Positions 28,702 to 38,955 of a DNA stretch of 64,000 nucleotides are shown here, one piece after another. A model generated the notes under the pieces. That model ran no database searches. It saw only the letters and a list, made by a program, of their open reading frames with translations, and was not told the DNA's origin. The DNA is from Candidatus Latescibacterota bacterium (lineage in GTDB: Bacteria > Latescibacterota > UBA2968 > UBA8231): contig OZ253462.1 in assembly GCA_965261395.1 (NCBI GenBank), positions 6,112,001-6,176,000 on the forward strand, given 5' to 3'. Each line of letters begins with the position of its first letter. Position 1 is the first letter of the stretch. The translations under genes and the position numbers were made by a program.

Positions 28702-30150
28702 ATGCCCCGGCAAAAACCCAATATCATCTACATCCTCGCCGACGATATGGGATACGGCGATATGGGATGTAACAACCCAGGCTGCAAAATTCCCACGCCT
28801 CATCTCGACCGCCTCGCCGCCCAGGGGATGCGGTTTACCGACGCTCACGCTTCCTCCAGCGTCTGCTCACCCAGCCGCTACGCCCTGCTCACTGGCCGCT
28901 ATTGCTGGCGCACCCCGCTCAAAAGCAGCGTCCTGTGGCCCTGGGATCCGCCCTTGATAGAAGCCGACCGCCCCACCGCGGCCAAGCTACTGCGCCAGCA
29001 GGGCTACCGCACCGCCTGCATCGGCAAGTGGCACCTCGGCTGGGAATGGGCGACCAAGGACGGCAAACCAGCCTGCGGAGACGCTCCCATTGGCCGCCTC
29101 AACCGCGACCAGCGCCAAGCCCTAGAGCGCAATATCGACTACAGCCAATCCATAGGCGGTGGCCCTCTATCCTGCGGCTTCGACTACTACTTTGGCGTCG
29201 ATGTGCCGAATTTTCCGCCCTACACTTGGTTTGAACAGGACCGGCTGGCCGCGGCCCCGACTGAGCAAAAGCCCGAGGAGATGTTCGGCCTGCCCGGGGC
29301 CATGAAGCCGGGCTGGAAACTGGAGGACATGGTCCCCGAATTCGTCCGCCGTGCCCGCGCCTACATCGCCGAAGCTGGCTCCGATCCCTTTTTCCTCTAC
29401 CTGCCGCTGACCTCGCCGCATACGCCGATTGTACCCAACCAGGACTTCATCGGCCGCAGCGGAGCGGGTCTGTACGGCGATTTCGTCTGTGAAGTCGATT
29501 GGGTGGTAGGGGAGATCGTGGCCGCGCTCGACGAGCAGGGGCTGGCCGACGACACGCTGCTCATCTTCACCAGCGACAACGGTCCCGAGTGCAGTCCAGC
29601 CGCGGCTGGCGGCTGCTACGAGCACGTGCGCCAATTTGGCCACTACAGCATGGCCCATTTGCGCGGCGCCAAGCGCGACACTTGGGAGGGCGGTCATCGC
29701 GTGCCCTTTGTCGCTCGCTGGCCCGGCGTCACTCCGGCCGGATCGGTCTGCGACCAGCTTGCTCTGTTGGGCGATTTTATGGCCACCTGCGCTCAGTTGA
29801 CTGGGGTTCAGGTGCCTCCGGGGGCGGCCGAGGACAGCATTAGCATACTGCCTTTGTTGCAGGGGCAAATTGACGCGCCAGTGCGCCGCTCGGCCGTGCA
29901 TCACAGTTGTTCGGGCCGCTTTGCCCTGCGCCAGGATGACTGGGTCTTTATCGACGCTCCTTCCGGCGACGACAACCGCGAGCCGGACTGGTTCAAGGCG
30001 GAGCGGGGCTATAGCGACCACGATTTTCCCGGGGAATTGTTCAACCTCAAAGACGACATTGCCGAGCGGCAGAATCTGTACGACCAGCACCCGGATATCG
30101 TGCGCAGTCTGTCGCGCCGCTTGGAAGCAATCCGCGGATTCAACTCGTAA
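28702..30150 (+). CDS. Arylsulfatase (formylglycine-dependent)
   Basis: PNIIYILADDMG, CSPSR, LLTGRY, GKWHLG, SDNG, WEGGHRVP; the last codons come from the IS30 end. Confidence 0.95.
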   Translation: MPRQKPNIIYILADDMGYGDMGCNNPGCKIPTPHLDRLAAQGMRFTDAHASSSVCSPSRYALLTGRYCWRTPLKSSVLWPWDPPLIEADRPTAAKLLRQQGYRTACIGKWHLGWEWATKDGKPACGDAPIGRLNRDQRQALERNIDYSQSIGGGPLSCGFDYYFGVDVPNFPPYTWFEQDRLAAAPTEQKPEEMFGLPGAMKPGWKLEDMVPEFVRRARAYIAEAGSDPFFLYLPLTSPHTPIVPNQDFIGRSGAGLYGDFVCEVDWVVGEIVAALDEQGLADDTLLIFTSDNGPECSPAAAGGCYEHVRQFGHYSMAHLRGAKRDTWEGGHRVPFVARWPGVTPAGSVCDQLALLGDFMATCAQLTGVQVPPGAAEDSISILPLLQGQIDAPVRRSAVHHSCSGRFALRQDDWVFIDAPSGDDNREPDWFKAERGYSDHDFPGELFNLKDDIAERQNLYDQHPDIVRSLSRRLEAIRGFNS

Positions 30151-31235
30151 GCGCAATTTCGCCATGTTTGGGTTGAACTTCTGTTTCCTTGCATAAGATT
30201 TCATGCGGCGTTTGAAATGCCAAGCCCTTTCGCGGTCGATGATTGAGCCGCTCCATGATGTGGTGTACCTGCGCCTGGGACAGCGTATCCAAGGCCGTCC
30301 CTTTGGGCACATACTGGCGAATCAGCCCGTTGGTGTTCTCGTTGAGTCCGCGCTCCCAGGCATGGTAGGGATGGGCAAAATACACAGCCGCGTCCAACGC
30401 TTGGCTGATCGTGGCATGGTGGGCAAACTCCTTGCCGTTATCGGCCGTAATCGTCTGGGTATGCCCCTTATGGGCAGCGAGCAACGCAATGGTGGCCGCC
30501 GCTACGTGCTCGGCCTGTTTGGAGGGGACTTTGCCCAGCACAGTATAGCGCGAGCGACGTTCCACCACCGAGACGAGCGCCCCGGTGCGTGCACGTCCCA
30601 TCACCAAGTCGATTTCCCAATCGCCGATGCGACTTTTTTCCTCCACGATGGCCGGTCGCTGGTCCATGCTGATGCGGCCTTTAATCTGCCCTCGGGCATC
30701 GGCTTTTCCATAACGTTTCTTGCGTTTCTTCTGACTGTGGCGCAGATGGCGATACAACATCCCGCCCGCCTGGCGATCCGCCTGGATGTGCTGGTAGATA
30801 CGCTGCGGACTCAATCGAAACCCGTCGGTCGTCGCCAGCCGACCCGCAATCTGCTCTGGACTCCACTGCTGACCCAGGCCCGCTTCGATGCGCTCGATGA
30901 CCGCCGCCGTCATCTTGGTCGCCTTCGCCTTGTGGCGACGACGCGCCAACGCTTTGTGATGGGCTTGGCCGGGACGATAGCCGCGTTGCCCTTGATTGCG
31001 CCGCAACTCCCGACAAATCGTCGAGGGCGATACCGCCACCGTCGCCGCGATGGACTGCTGATCATGCCCGGCTTTCTTCAGGGCGTAAATTTGGTATCTT
31101 TGATGCTCGGTCAACTGGTGATACGTTCCCATAAGCGCCTCCGTCGGGAGCTGCGTTTGAAATGGCCAGGGGAAATATACCAGTTGGCCTTTTCTATGCC
31201 AGCTACCCAAGCGATTGCACTTACAAGTTGAATTC
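30136..31235 (-). mobile_element. IS30 family element
   Basis: Imperfect TIRs GGATTCAACTCGTAAGCGCAAT / ATTGCACTTACAAGTTGAATTC flanking the transposase. Confidence 0.9.
30140..31132 (-). CDS. IS30 family transposase
   Basis: MGTYHQLT..HTH, WSPEQIAG, GDWEID, DNGKEF, WERGLNENTNGLIRQY, LNHRPRK. Confidence 0.95.
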   Translation of the reverse strand: MGTYHQLTEHQRYQIYALKKAGHDQQSIAATVAVSPSTICRELRRNQGQRGYRPGQAHHKALARRRHKAKATKMTAAVIERIEAGLGQQWSPEQIAGRLATTDGFRLSPQRIYQHIQADRQAGGMLYRHLRHSQKKRKKRYGKADARGQIKGRISMDQRPAIVEEKSRIGDWEIDLVMGRARTGALVSVVERRSRYTVLGKVPSKQAEHVAAATIALLAAHKGHTQTITADNGKEFAHHATISQALDAAVYFAHPYHAWERGLNENTNGLIRQYVPKGTALDTLSQAQVHHIMERLNHRPRKGLAFQTPHEILCKETEVQPKHGEIALTS

Positions 31236-31237
31236 AA

Positions 31238-31817
31238 GCCGGTTTTCCTGGGCCGAAAACCAACTATCGGCCCAGACCTAGCGGTAGCGCAGGCGATTCT
31301 GCTGGCAGGTCTGTAGCATCTGCCGCCGCCATTGGTTTTTAGTCACCTCGCTTTTGCGTTTGACCCGCCGCGTTTGGCGATCGCAAAACGGAATCGGTTT
31401 ACGCACTAACGCATAGGCCACCGGCACACGGACCTCGCCGGCCTGATAGATGCAATTGAGCAGATTCAAGCCTTTGACGGAGCGGTTTTTACTAGGATCG
31501 AAGGGCCAACAGATCAACTCATTTTCATCCGTGTACGGCTTTTGCTGAATCGTATCATCGAAAATGAGCACCCCGTCTTCGCGCTCGATGGTGCGCACCA
31601 CGGATTTGACTTGATGCCAGAGCTCTTTCGACGGGTCGTCGGCCTGAGACAAAAAGCGCGTCACGGGGTCGTGGCTGATTTGGCCATCCAACAAAGACGA
31701 AAGGCCGGTGGCGGTCGTAGCGCCAAAAGAACTCAACAGATAATCACTATAGAGGGCTAACAGTTTTTTATCCATGTCAGAAAAGATAAACCAATGCCTA
31801 TGAGCTGCGTAATATCA
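31238..31817 (-). mobile_element. IS701 family element remnant (transposase 31775 to 31278, premature stop, cut by IS30)
   Basis: LYSDYLLSSFG..TATGLS, ISHD..TRFL, LIFDDTIQQKPYTDENE; TAG precedes V.ADSWFS; end GCTGCGTAATATCA at 31804-31817. Confidence 0.85.
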
Positions 31818-31980
31818 CTTATTCAGACATATTTAGCGACGGTAACGGAATAACAAGTTTTGGGCTAGACTTATCCCTTTGCAGTCCTTATAGTTATGAG
31901 TAGACAAAGGGAGTTAAGCTATGAACCTAATCAGCATTTTCAACCAGTTTCCAGACCAGCAATCTTGCATCGCCCATTTA

Positions 31981-32112
31981 GAAGCCTTTTTAAAACTCTT
32001 CTGCTACGTCGTGTCGCTTGAGCAACAAATGGATCATAACAATGTGTATAAAGGCTTCGCTATTGCAGGTCAAGATCTCATAATCTTTGGCGTGGATTCG
32101 ATAGTTTCCCAT
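31981..32112 (-). mobile_element. IS5 family (IS1031-like) 3' remnant
   Basis: AKDYEILTCNSEAFIHIVMIHLLLKR resembles the C-terminus of the 34753 transposase; begins TTA|GAAGCC. Confidence 0.75.
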
Positions 32113-33297
32113 GGCTTTGGTGCATGAATTGGTGTTTTTTTCGGTTGATCGGTTGAATAAAAACAGGCTCCTCAGTAGATTGAGCACGACTTTCGCCAAA
32201 AAACCCATGCTTTCTCGTCCAAGGAACCTGTCATGGCCAACCTATCGTCTTGCCCCTCTTCCGTCAAGCCTGGTCGCTCGCCTCGCCGTCGCTCCAACGT
32301 CGTGTACCGGGTACGTAATTGGGCCGACTATGAGGCCGGGCTGCAACAGCGCGGTAGTCTGACGGTGTGGTTCACGCCCCAGGCCGTCGAAGCTTGGTAT
32401 TATCAAGGGCCGCCTCAGCGGGGGGCGCAATATACCTTTTCGGAGGTCGCCATCCAAACGGCGTTGACGCTGCGTCTTTTGTATCACTTGCCCCTACGCC
32501 AAACCGAGGGGTTTGTCGCTTCGGTGTTGGCCCTGATGGGCTTGGATCTGCGGGTGCCCGATCACACGACCCTGTCGCGCCGTCAGGCGGGTTTAGCCGT
32601 GGCGTGGCCGCCCCAGCGGGGAGACCAACCGATGCACTTGGTGGTGGATTCGACCGGGCTGAAAGTGTATGGCGAAGGCGAATGGAAGGTGCGTCAGCAC
32701 GGCTGGAGCAAGCGGCGCACGTGGCGCAAATTGCACCTCGGGGTTAATGAAGCCACCGGCGAGATCGTCGCGCAGACCTTGACGACGAATAGCCACGATG
32801 ATGCGGGGCAGGTGGAGCCGTTGCTGGCACAGATCGAGGCCCCCGTGGAGGCGTTGGGCGGCGATGGGGCCTATGACAAACGCAAGGTGTTCAAGGCGTT
32901 GGCCGCGCCCGAGCAGGGGGCACCTATTCATCCGATCATTCCGCCGCGCAAGGACGCCAAAATCGAGCAACATGGCAACACCAACGCCGAGCCGTTGCCC
33001 CGCGATGAGACGATTCGAGCCATCCGCAAACGGGGCCGTCGAGGTTGGAAACACGAGAGCGGCTATCATCGACGCTCGGTAGCCGAAACGCAGATAGGCC
33101 GCTACAAACAGATACTTGGTGACACCTTGCGCACCCGAACCCTAACCAACCAACAGACCGAAGCGCGGTTGGGCTGTGCCTTGCTCAACCGGATGCGGGC
33201 GTTGGCGAAACCTGAGTCCTATCCGCTAACCAAAAAAGCGTAAATCACACGCGAAAGAAGCCAACACGGCCCCGACCGGTTTTCATGCAACAAAGCC
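32113..33297 (+). mobile_element. IS5 family, IS903-group element
   Basis: TIRs GGCTTTGGTGCATGAA / TTCATGCAACAAAGCC; flanks differ, so no target duplication is visible. Confidence 0.9.
32233..33243 (+). CDS. IS5 (IS903-group) transposase
   Basis: YRVRNW.DYEAGL.QRGSLTVW, DSTGLKVYGEGEW, WRKLHLG, DGAYD, YHRRS.AET. Confidence 0.95.
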   Translation: MANLSSCPSSVKPGRSPRRRSNVVYRVRNWADYEAGLQQRGSLTVWFTPQAVEAWYYQGPPQRGAQYTFSEVAIQTALTLRLLYHLPLRQTEGFVASVLALMGLDLRVPDHTTLSRRQAGLAVAWPPQRGDQPMHLVVDSTGLKVYGEGEWKVRQHGWSKRRTWRKLHLGVNEATGEIVAQTLTTNSHDDAGQVEPLLAQIEAPVEALGGDGAYDKRKVFKALAAPEQGAPIHPIIPPRKDAKIEQHGNTNAEPLPRDETIRAIRKRGRRGWKHESGYHRRSVAETQIGRYKQILGDTLRTRTLTNQQTEARLGCALLNRMRALAKPESYPLTKKA

Positions 33298-34191
33298 CTT
33301 CTGGATTAATGTCGGGCGCATACGGCGGCAGCCATTCGACCCGGATTTCAGGATGGGCCGCCAGATAGTCCCGGACCGGCTTGGAGCGATGGGCTGCCAA
33401 GCGATCCCAGATCAGTATAAACCCGGCTCCCATCAGCCGCCGCACATGTTGGAGGGCGACCACGACTTGGGCGGCGTGAATCGAGCCGTGAAAATGGCGT
33501 TTGTAGATTTTGCCGCGCAAGGTCAGCGCCACCACGCTAGAAAGCACCCGGCGTTGCCGTTTGACCCGCCGGATCACCGGCGGGCAACCCATCGGAGCCC
33601 AAGTCGTGGCCAGCTTCTCGGCAAACGAAAAGCCGCATTCATCGACGAAGACCACATCCACCTTAAGCCGACGAGCTTTTTTTTATTCGAGGCCAGTCGC
33701 GCTTCCGCCACGCTTCGACGCGTGCATCATCCCGTTCCAAAGCGCGATCTGTCGGTTGTTGAACGCTAAAGCCGAGCCGGTTGAGCAAGCGGGCCAGATA
33801 GTTAGGATGATAGGCGATGGCAAAGTCGCGCTCGATTAGCTGCTGGATTCTTTTGAGCGTCCAGCGATCGGTAGCAAAACCCGCACCCAGCGCCCCCTGT
33901 TGGAGCCGCTGCTTCAGTCGGTGCTTTTGCCGGCGGCTCAACTTCGACGGGCGTCCGGTAGCCGTACGCCGTTGGAGCCGAACCAGCCCGCCGGTGCGTA
34001 ACCGCTTAGCCCATTTAGATACGGCCGTGCGGCTGACGCCCAACTGCCGAGCAATCTCGGCTTGGGATAAGCGGCCTTCTTGCAGCAGCTTAGCTCCGGC
34101 AAGGCGGCGCTCTTCTAGTTGGGCACGAGTCAAATGAGTAGGAGTCCATGTCATAAACGCATAAATGTAAACCAAGTTTAGTGAACGTCAA
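33298..34191 (-). mobile_element. IS630 family element, two ORFs joined by an A8 -1 frameshift, 3' end removed by the IS903-like insertion
   Basis: ORF A (34154 to 33663) has HTH and W..K..; T8 run at 33677-33684; ORF B has FVDECGF, IWD...H, LPPYAPDINPE; TA target at 34192-34193. Confidence 0.88.
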
Positions 34192-34728
34192 TAAAAACTT
34201 CGGATCGCTATCCAAGATCGACCCAGAGTTCAAGTTTCGCCTCTACGAAACGTTTCTTAAAAATACCCCACGCCAGCAGTCACTAGGTCAGTTCTTTACG
34301 CCGCGAAACGTTATACGCGAGATGGTTCGCATGGCCCAACTAAGCAAGCTCCCCGACGGCGCAACGCTTCTCGATCCGGCTGCGGGAGTCGGTGGTTTCG
34401 TTCTGGAGCCGCTCCTAATAGAAGGGGCGCTAGTGGGGAATGTAACTATAACGGCGGGGGCTCCGAAGCAGCGGGTGCGAACGGTCGGTCTCGATATGGA
34501 CATCAACACGCACATTTTGGCGAAGGCCAACATGCTCCTCCACCTCTCGGAATTGTTAAAGGAACCCACAACCACAATCCCGGCGATAAACAAGGCTCTC
34601 GCCAATACTTTCGTTCTTGTGAACGCAAATGAGACTCTTGGCTCACTCGAATACCCGCCACAAAACAGCATCGATGTTGTCCTCGCTAATCCACCCTACG
34701 TGACTCAGGGAAGCGCGATTTACCGTCA

Positions 34729-35658
34729 GAAGCCGTCTGAAAACTCTAATTTTCATTTGATTCGTTTAAGTAGCAAGTGGATCATGGCAATCTGGATCAA
34801 GGCTTCACTATGGCGGGTCAAGACCTCATAATCTCTCGCATGTCGGCGAAAATTCATCAACCACGCCAAGGTGCGCTCGACGACCCACCGGCGTTTAACT
34901 AGGGTAAATCCGGAGCCTTGTTTGGCGACGACTTCCAAGTCTATTTTGTGCGTCTTTTTTTGGTTGGCCACCCACGTTCGGATGGCCTCGCCTTGGTAGC
35001 CGCCATCAACCCACAGCTTGCGTAACCGAGCCACTCCGGCGGCCTTCAAGCGGGTCAACACCTGCTTCAAACCCTCTCGATCATCGACATCGGCGGCGGT
35101 GACCACCACCTGTCGAAGCAAACCCGACGTGTCCACCAACAAATGCCGTTTGCGGCCTTTGATCTTTTTACCGGCGTCATACCCGGTTGTTTTACCATGC
35201 GTTGCGGTCTTAATCGTCTGACTATCGACGCAGCCAGCCGACGGCATCGCCGCCCGGCCGCTCTGGCGGCGTTCCCGCTTGGTCAACCGATCCAACACCG
35301 GCGGCCAGACCCCTTGCAGGCTCCAGCGACGAAAGTAATCATACCCCGTTTTCCACGGCCCAAAACAAGCAGGCAACAAAGCCCAAGGACACCCCGTCTT
35401 GTTCAAATATAAAAGGCCGTTGACGATTTGGCGTCGATCCCGCGGCGGCCGACCCGGACCGTGAAGCCGCCAGCGCGGCGCGGGCAGCAACGGTTCGATC
35501 CGCTGCCATTGTCCATCGGTTAGATCGGTGGCATATTGCCTACGCGGCGTACTCATTATACAAGCCTTTCTGTTCAGATTTTGTGGTGAAACCTGAATAT
35601 GGCTCGATGAGTACGCCCTTTCAAATTCGGCTACATCAGAGGGTTTTCAGACGGCTTC
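34729..35658 (-). mobile_element. IS5 family (IS1031-like) element
   Basis: TIRs GAAGCCGTCTGAAAAC / GTTTTCAGACGGCTTC flanked by TCA and TAA (TNA-type target). Confidence 0.92.
34753..35556 (-). CDS. IS5 family transposase
   Basis: YATDLTD.QW, TGCPW, DSQ, GYDAGKKIKGRKRH, DGGY, RWVVERT. Confidence 0.95.
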   Translation of the reverse strand: MSTPRRQYATDLTDGQWQRIEPLLPAPRWRLHGPGRPPRDRRQIVNGLLYLNKTGCPWALLPACFGPWKTGYDYFRRWSLQGVWPPVLDRLTKRERRQSGRAAMPSAGCVDSQTIKTATHGKTTGYDAGKKIKGRKRHLLVDTSGLLRQVVVTAADVDDREGLKQVLTRLKAAGVARLRKLWVDGGYQGEAIRTWVANQKKTHKIDLEVVAKQGSGFTLVKRRWVVERTLAWLMNFRRHARDYEVLTRHSEALIQIAMIHLLLKRIK

Positions 35659-36936
35659 TAAGGAGATCGCAGATGTGGCCGGTACGCGGAATGGTCTTGT
35701 CCTAAAGGATTTCTATGACGGCTGGGGCCTCGGCGTAGAGTCGCTCTTCATCCGGTATATCTCCAGCTCGCTGAAACCAAGCGGTCGGGCATTTGTCATC
35801 GTCCCGCTCGGCATGCTCAACAGGACCGAAAAAAAACCGAAAAAAAAGATACTCAGTGAATGTAATTTGCTCGCATCAATTACACTTCCACGGAACACAT
35901 TTTTTAACACGGCACAGCTGACCTGTATTCTCGTCTTGGAGAAGCGGCACACCGAGTTTGATCCACGACCAGACGTCCTGTGTGCCTGCGTTCGATCCAT
36001 AGGCGAAACTCTTGATACATACCGGGCACCAATGCCAGACGACAACGATCTTGCCGCCGTTGCAAGTGCATTCATACAGCGTACCGATGATCCGGCCTTT
36101 ATTCCATCTGATTCATTTATTGAGGTTGTACCAGCGGAACGCTTCACGGAGAATGACCGTTGGGATGTAGCACGGTTTTGGACCGACAAGGAACTTGTTG
36201 ATCTTGGAATTAAGGCTGCAACAATTGGGCGGGTTGAATTTATAGACGAGGCAATTGGAAGTCTTTACAAGTTGTCGAAGGAGTTAAAGGAGTCAAAGAG
36301 TGAAGTTTCCAGCCTTGCAGCCGGAGCGACAATTTCAGTTGACCTCTCAAATACGAATTTATTTCGCGTCAGGTCTGGAACACGGATTACAAACACCCAG
36401 ATTCGTGACAACCCGGGCGATGTTCCGGTCTACAGTTGTTTCAAATACCACGATTTAAAAAAGGGCGATATCTCGGGGAAATGGCTGGCAATTCACAAGA
36501 TCAGGGTGGAGACCGGGAACCGTCTAATTATAACAATTGCGGCCAACGGGGCTGCTGTTGGAACCGTTTTTACTCGCGACGAGAAATGCGTCCTCACGGA
36601 CGATCTCATTGCAGTTGAAGTCCTAGTAGAGGATATTGATGTCGAATACCTCGCTACAGAGCTTCGGCGGAAGATCGCAGCAGGTGGATTTCTATATGAA
36701 GCGAAGCTGTTTAAGGGACGAGTAGAGCAGCTCACAGCCGATATTCCCATCAAAGAAGACGGCACCTATGATCTTGACACTCAACGTGAAATAGCCGCTT
36801 CGATGCGACGTTTCGACACAATCCGAGACAAGCTCAAAGAGCTTGGTACGTGGAGCGAGGAAGCAAGGATTAGTTAGTATCCAGTCATCTACATGCCCAG
36901 AAAGCGGCTACGTCGTGGAGACTGAGGGGTATAAGT

Positions 36937-37101
36937 ATGAAAGAAAAAACCCGCAGAGTCGTTAAGGTCAAACCCCACACCTACCAGCCCAAAAAAGCCG
37001 AGCTAGAGGCCGACGCCAACATTGACGCCACCCCCGAAGAGTTGGCCCGCGCCTTGATGCAGCCTGTGATCGTTCAGGAAACTGAGGACGAAGAGGACTG
37101 A
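36937..37101 (+). CDS. Small 54-aa hypothetical protein at the end of the IS1595-like element
   Basis: GAGGGG upstream; translated by hand as MKEKTRRVVKVKPHTYQPKKAELEADANIDATPEELARALMQPVIVQETEDEED; below the ORF-track cutoff. Confidence 0.6.
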   Translation: MKEKTRRVVKVKPHTYQPKKAELEADANIDATPEELARALMQPVIVQETEDEED

Positions 37102-37199
37102 CCGCCTTCACTCGGCCAGCCCGGAAATGTGACTTTAGTATATAACTCCCTACGGTTGACCCAGTTAGGCTTGCTCATGCGGGGAAAAGTACGGCCGTC

Positions 37200-37858
37200 A
37201 GGCTGTTAAGTCTAGCCCAAATCTTGTTATTCCGGACGGTAATTTTAATCATGGCAATGCGGATGATATTTTCGGCGGATTGGGTGAGGATTTCAAAATC
37301 CTTGGCCAAGCGTCGAAATCCGCCTAACCAAGCTAAGGTGCGTTCGACAATCCAGCGTTTGGGAACCACCTTGAATCCGTGCTGTGGTTTAGCGGCGATA
37401 TCGATGCGCAACCCGAACAGGTCTTCGACGAATTCAACGGTAGTACCGCCATATCCTTGGTCGCCACAGAAGGCTTCGACCGACTCATACTTTTCGGCGA
37501 CCCGGTCGCAGACTTCCCATCCTTGGCTAGTGTCGGCTACATTGGCGGCATGGACTTGAACCGCGAGCATATGGCCTAACGTATCGGTGGCGATATGGCG
37601 TTTACGGCCTTTGATCTTTTTTCCCCCATCGATGCCTCGATCGTGACTGGCATATTGGGTCTTAACCGATTGCGAATCAATCAAGACATAGGTCGGATGC
37701 TCGTTTTTGCCCTGCTTTTGACGAGCCTGCTCATTGAGCGCGTCAAGGGCTTGTTCCCACACCCCGCGTTGATTCCAACGTCGGTAATGCTCATAGACGG
37801 TATCCCACGGAGGAAAATCCAACGGCAGCATCCGCCACGGGATGCCGCCGTTGACCAC
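37200..37858 (-). mobile_element. IS5 family element, 5'-truncated transposase
   Basis: WRMLP.DFPPW.TVY, DSQSVK, GKKIKGRKRH, DQGY, RWIVERT; N-terminal part missing. Confidence 0.85.
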
Positions 37859-37859
37859 A

Positions 37860-38145
37860 GTTTCCGTTGTAATCCAGAGTGCCTTTCACCGCAAGAAATA
37901 TCCCTATCGACAACTTCTAACTTGCACATTGCTGCAACGCCGCATCTGCTGGCGATTTTGCCGTCATCTAGCAGTCGGCTACTGGACGTGCCGCCGCTCG
38001 AGTTTGACACTGCTGAGAACCCGTTGCGTGATGATTCCATTCTATTGAAACTGATCCGACTGGAGACAGATGGCACAGTTGTGATCCCGGATGGCCCCGG
38101 CCCGGTGTCGAGGTTGACGAAGAAAAACTATTCAGGTATGCTTAG
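37860..38145 (+). pseudogene. C-terminal remnant of a mandelate racemase/muconate lactonising enzyme family gene
   Basis: LEFDTAENPLRD...DGTVVIPDGPG, then after a 1-nt frameshift GVEVDEEKLFRYA*. Confidence 0.65.
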
Positions 38146-38270
38146 CACGCGATTCCGCTGTTGGAATATATCCTACTAGTAGTCATGCGTCGGCATTATA
38201 ACACACCTCCCGAAAAGAGCAACCCATTTGAAATCATGGGTTTACAGAATAATTCTTAACGAGGGCTACT

Positions 38271-38537
38271 ATGACCAACAAACTCAAAAATGCTTTCGAC
38301 AAAATCTCAACTCTGAGCGAAAAAGAGCAGGACGCTATCGCGGAAGCTCTCCTAGCAGTAGTAGATGATACTTGGGGGCCAGAGGACGATAAGGACGAAG
38401 CCGAATGGGACGCCCTAGTGGGATCAAAAAAATCTCACGCTTGGTTGGACAAAATGGTAAAGCAAGTTCGGCAGGATATACAGGAAGGGAAGGTCTATGA
38501 TTTTGATCCCAGCGACTTGAACCCATCAAGTCCATGA
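38271..38537 (+). CDS. Putative antitoxin of a ParE/RelE-like TA pair
   Basis: 88 aa, acidic; L..A...I..LS..EQDAIA..LL, WD; ATGA overlap with the toxin. Confidence 0.75.
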   Translation: MTNKLKNAFDKISTLSEKEQDAIAEALLAVVDDTWGPEDDKDEAEWDALVGSKKSHAWLDKMVKQVRQDIQEGKVYDFDPSDLNPSSP

Positions 38538-38796
38538 GATCAAAGACTCACCCCGGTTTCTGGGATGCCTATTATCAACTCCCCAAGACCATTCAAATCA
38601 AGGCGGCAGTTACCTATAAGAGATGGCGAAAAATCCGTATCAACCGGGGCTTTCCTTTAAACCAGTAAAAGGAAAGCCCTCTGTCTATTCAGTGCGTATC
38701 GGGCGGCAGTGGAGAGCATTAGGACTCAAAGAGGGGGATACTATCACTTGGTTTTGGATCGGCCCACATTCTGAGTATGACCGACTCCTCTCTTAA
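38534..38796 (+). pseudogene. ParE/RelE-like toxin, frameshifted in an A5 run
   Basis: MRSKTHPGFWDAYYQLP...W, then in the other frame NPYQPGLSFKPV..YSVRIG..WRALG...WFWIGPHSEYDRLL*; one A missing at 38629-38633. Confidence 0.8.
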
Positions 38797-38859
38797 CCAA
38801 TCGCCAAAAAAAATACATCCATACGACACGTTACAGCTTTATTGGTGTCGTGTAGTTAG

Positions 38860-38946
38860 GCGCGTAGAGTCCTCGTCGAATTCGCGGCGATAGAAGCCGG
38901 CGATCGGGAGACCGCGCTCGAAAAGCTGCGACAGAACATCCAGTAA
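38860..38946 (+). pseudogene. Possible C-terminal remnant of a GntR/FCD regulator
   Basis: AAIEAGDRETALEKLRQNIQ*; its stop overlaps the AAGGAG RBS of the next gene. Confidence 0.35.
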
Positions 38947-38955
38947 GGAGAACAC

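Larger units (their letters stand above)
34194..36877 (+). pseudogene. N6-adenine DNA methyltransferase (HsdM-like) fused to a TRD-like domain; 5' end lost and interrupted by IS5
   Basis: GQFFTPR, LLDPAAGVGGF, LANPPY in the first half; IVPLGML, LPRNTFFNT, ILVLEK in the second. Removing 34729-35658 plus one 3-bp copy restores the frame (IYR-KEIADV). Confidence 0.85.
31818..37150 (+). mobile_element. Disrupted IS1595-family element carrying passenger genes
   Basis: Transposase start MNLISIFNQFPDQQSCIAHLE at 31921-31983 with promoter TAGACT-17-TATAGT; methyltransferase passenger; small terminal ORF; end motif TATAACTCCC at 37141-37150. Boundaries are inferred. Confidence 0.55.

Noticed and set aside
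29167-31231. 381-aa and 342-aa ORFs opposite the sulfatase and the IS30 transposase
   Set aside because: Typical high-GC antisense open frames
37595-38179. 194-aa ORF as a real gene
   Set aside because: Chimera of antisense IS5 sequence and a racemase-family remnant
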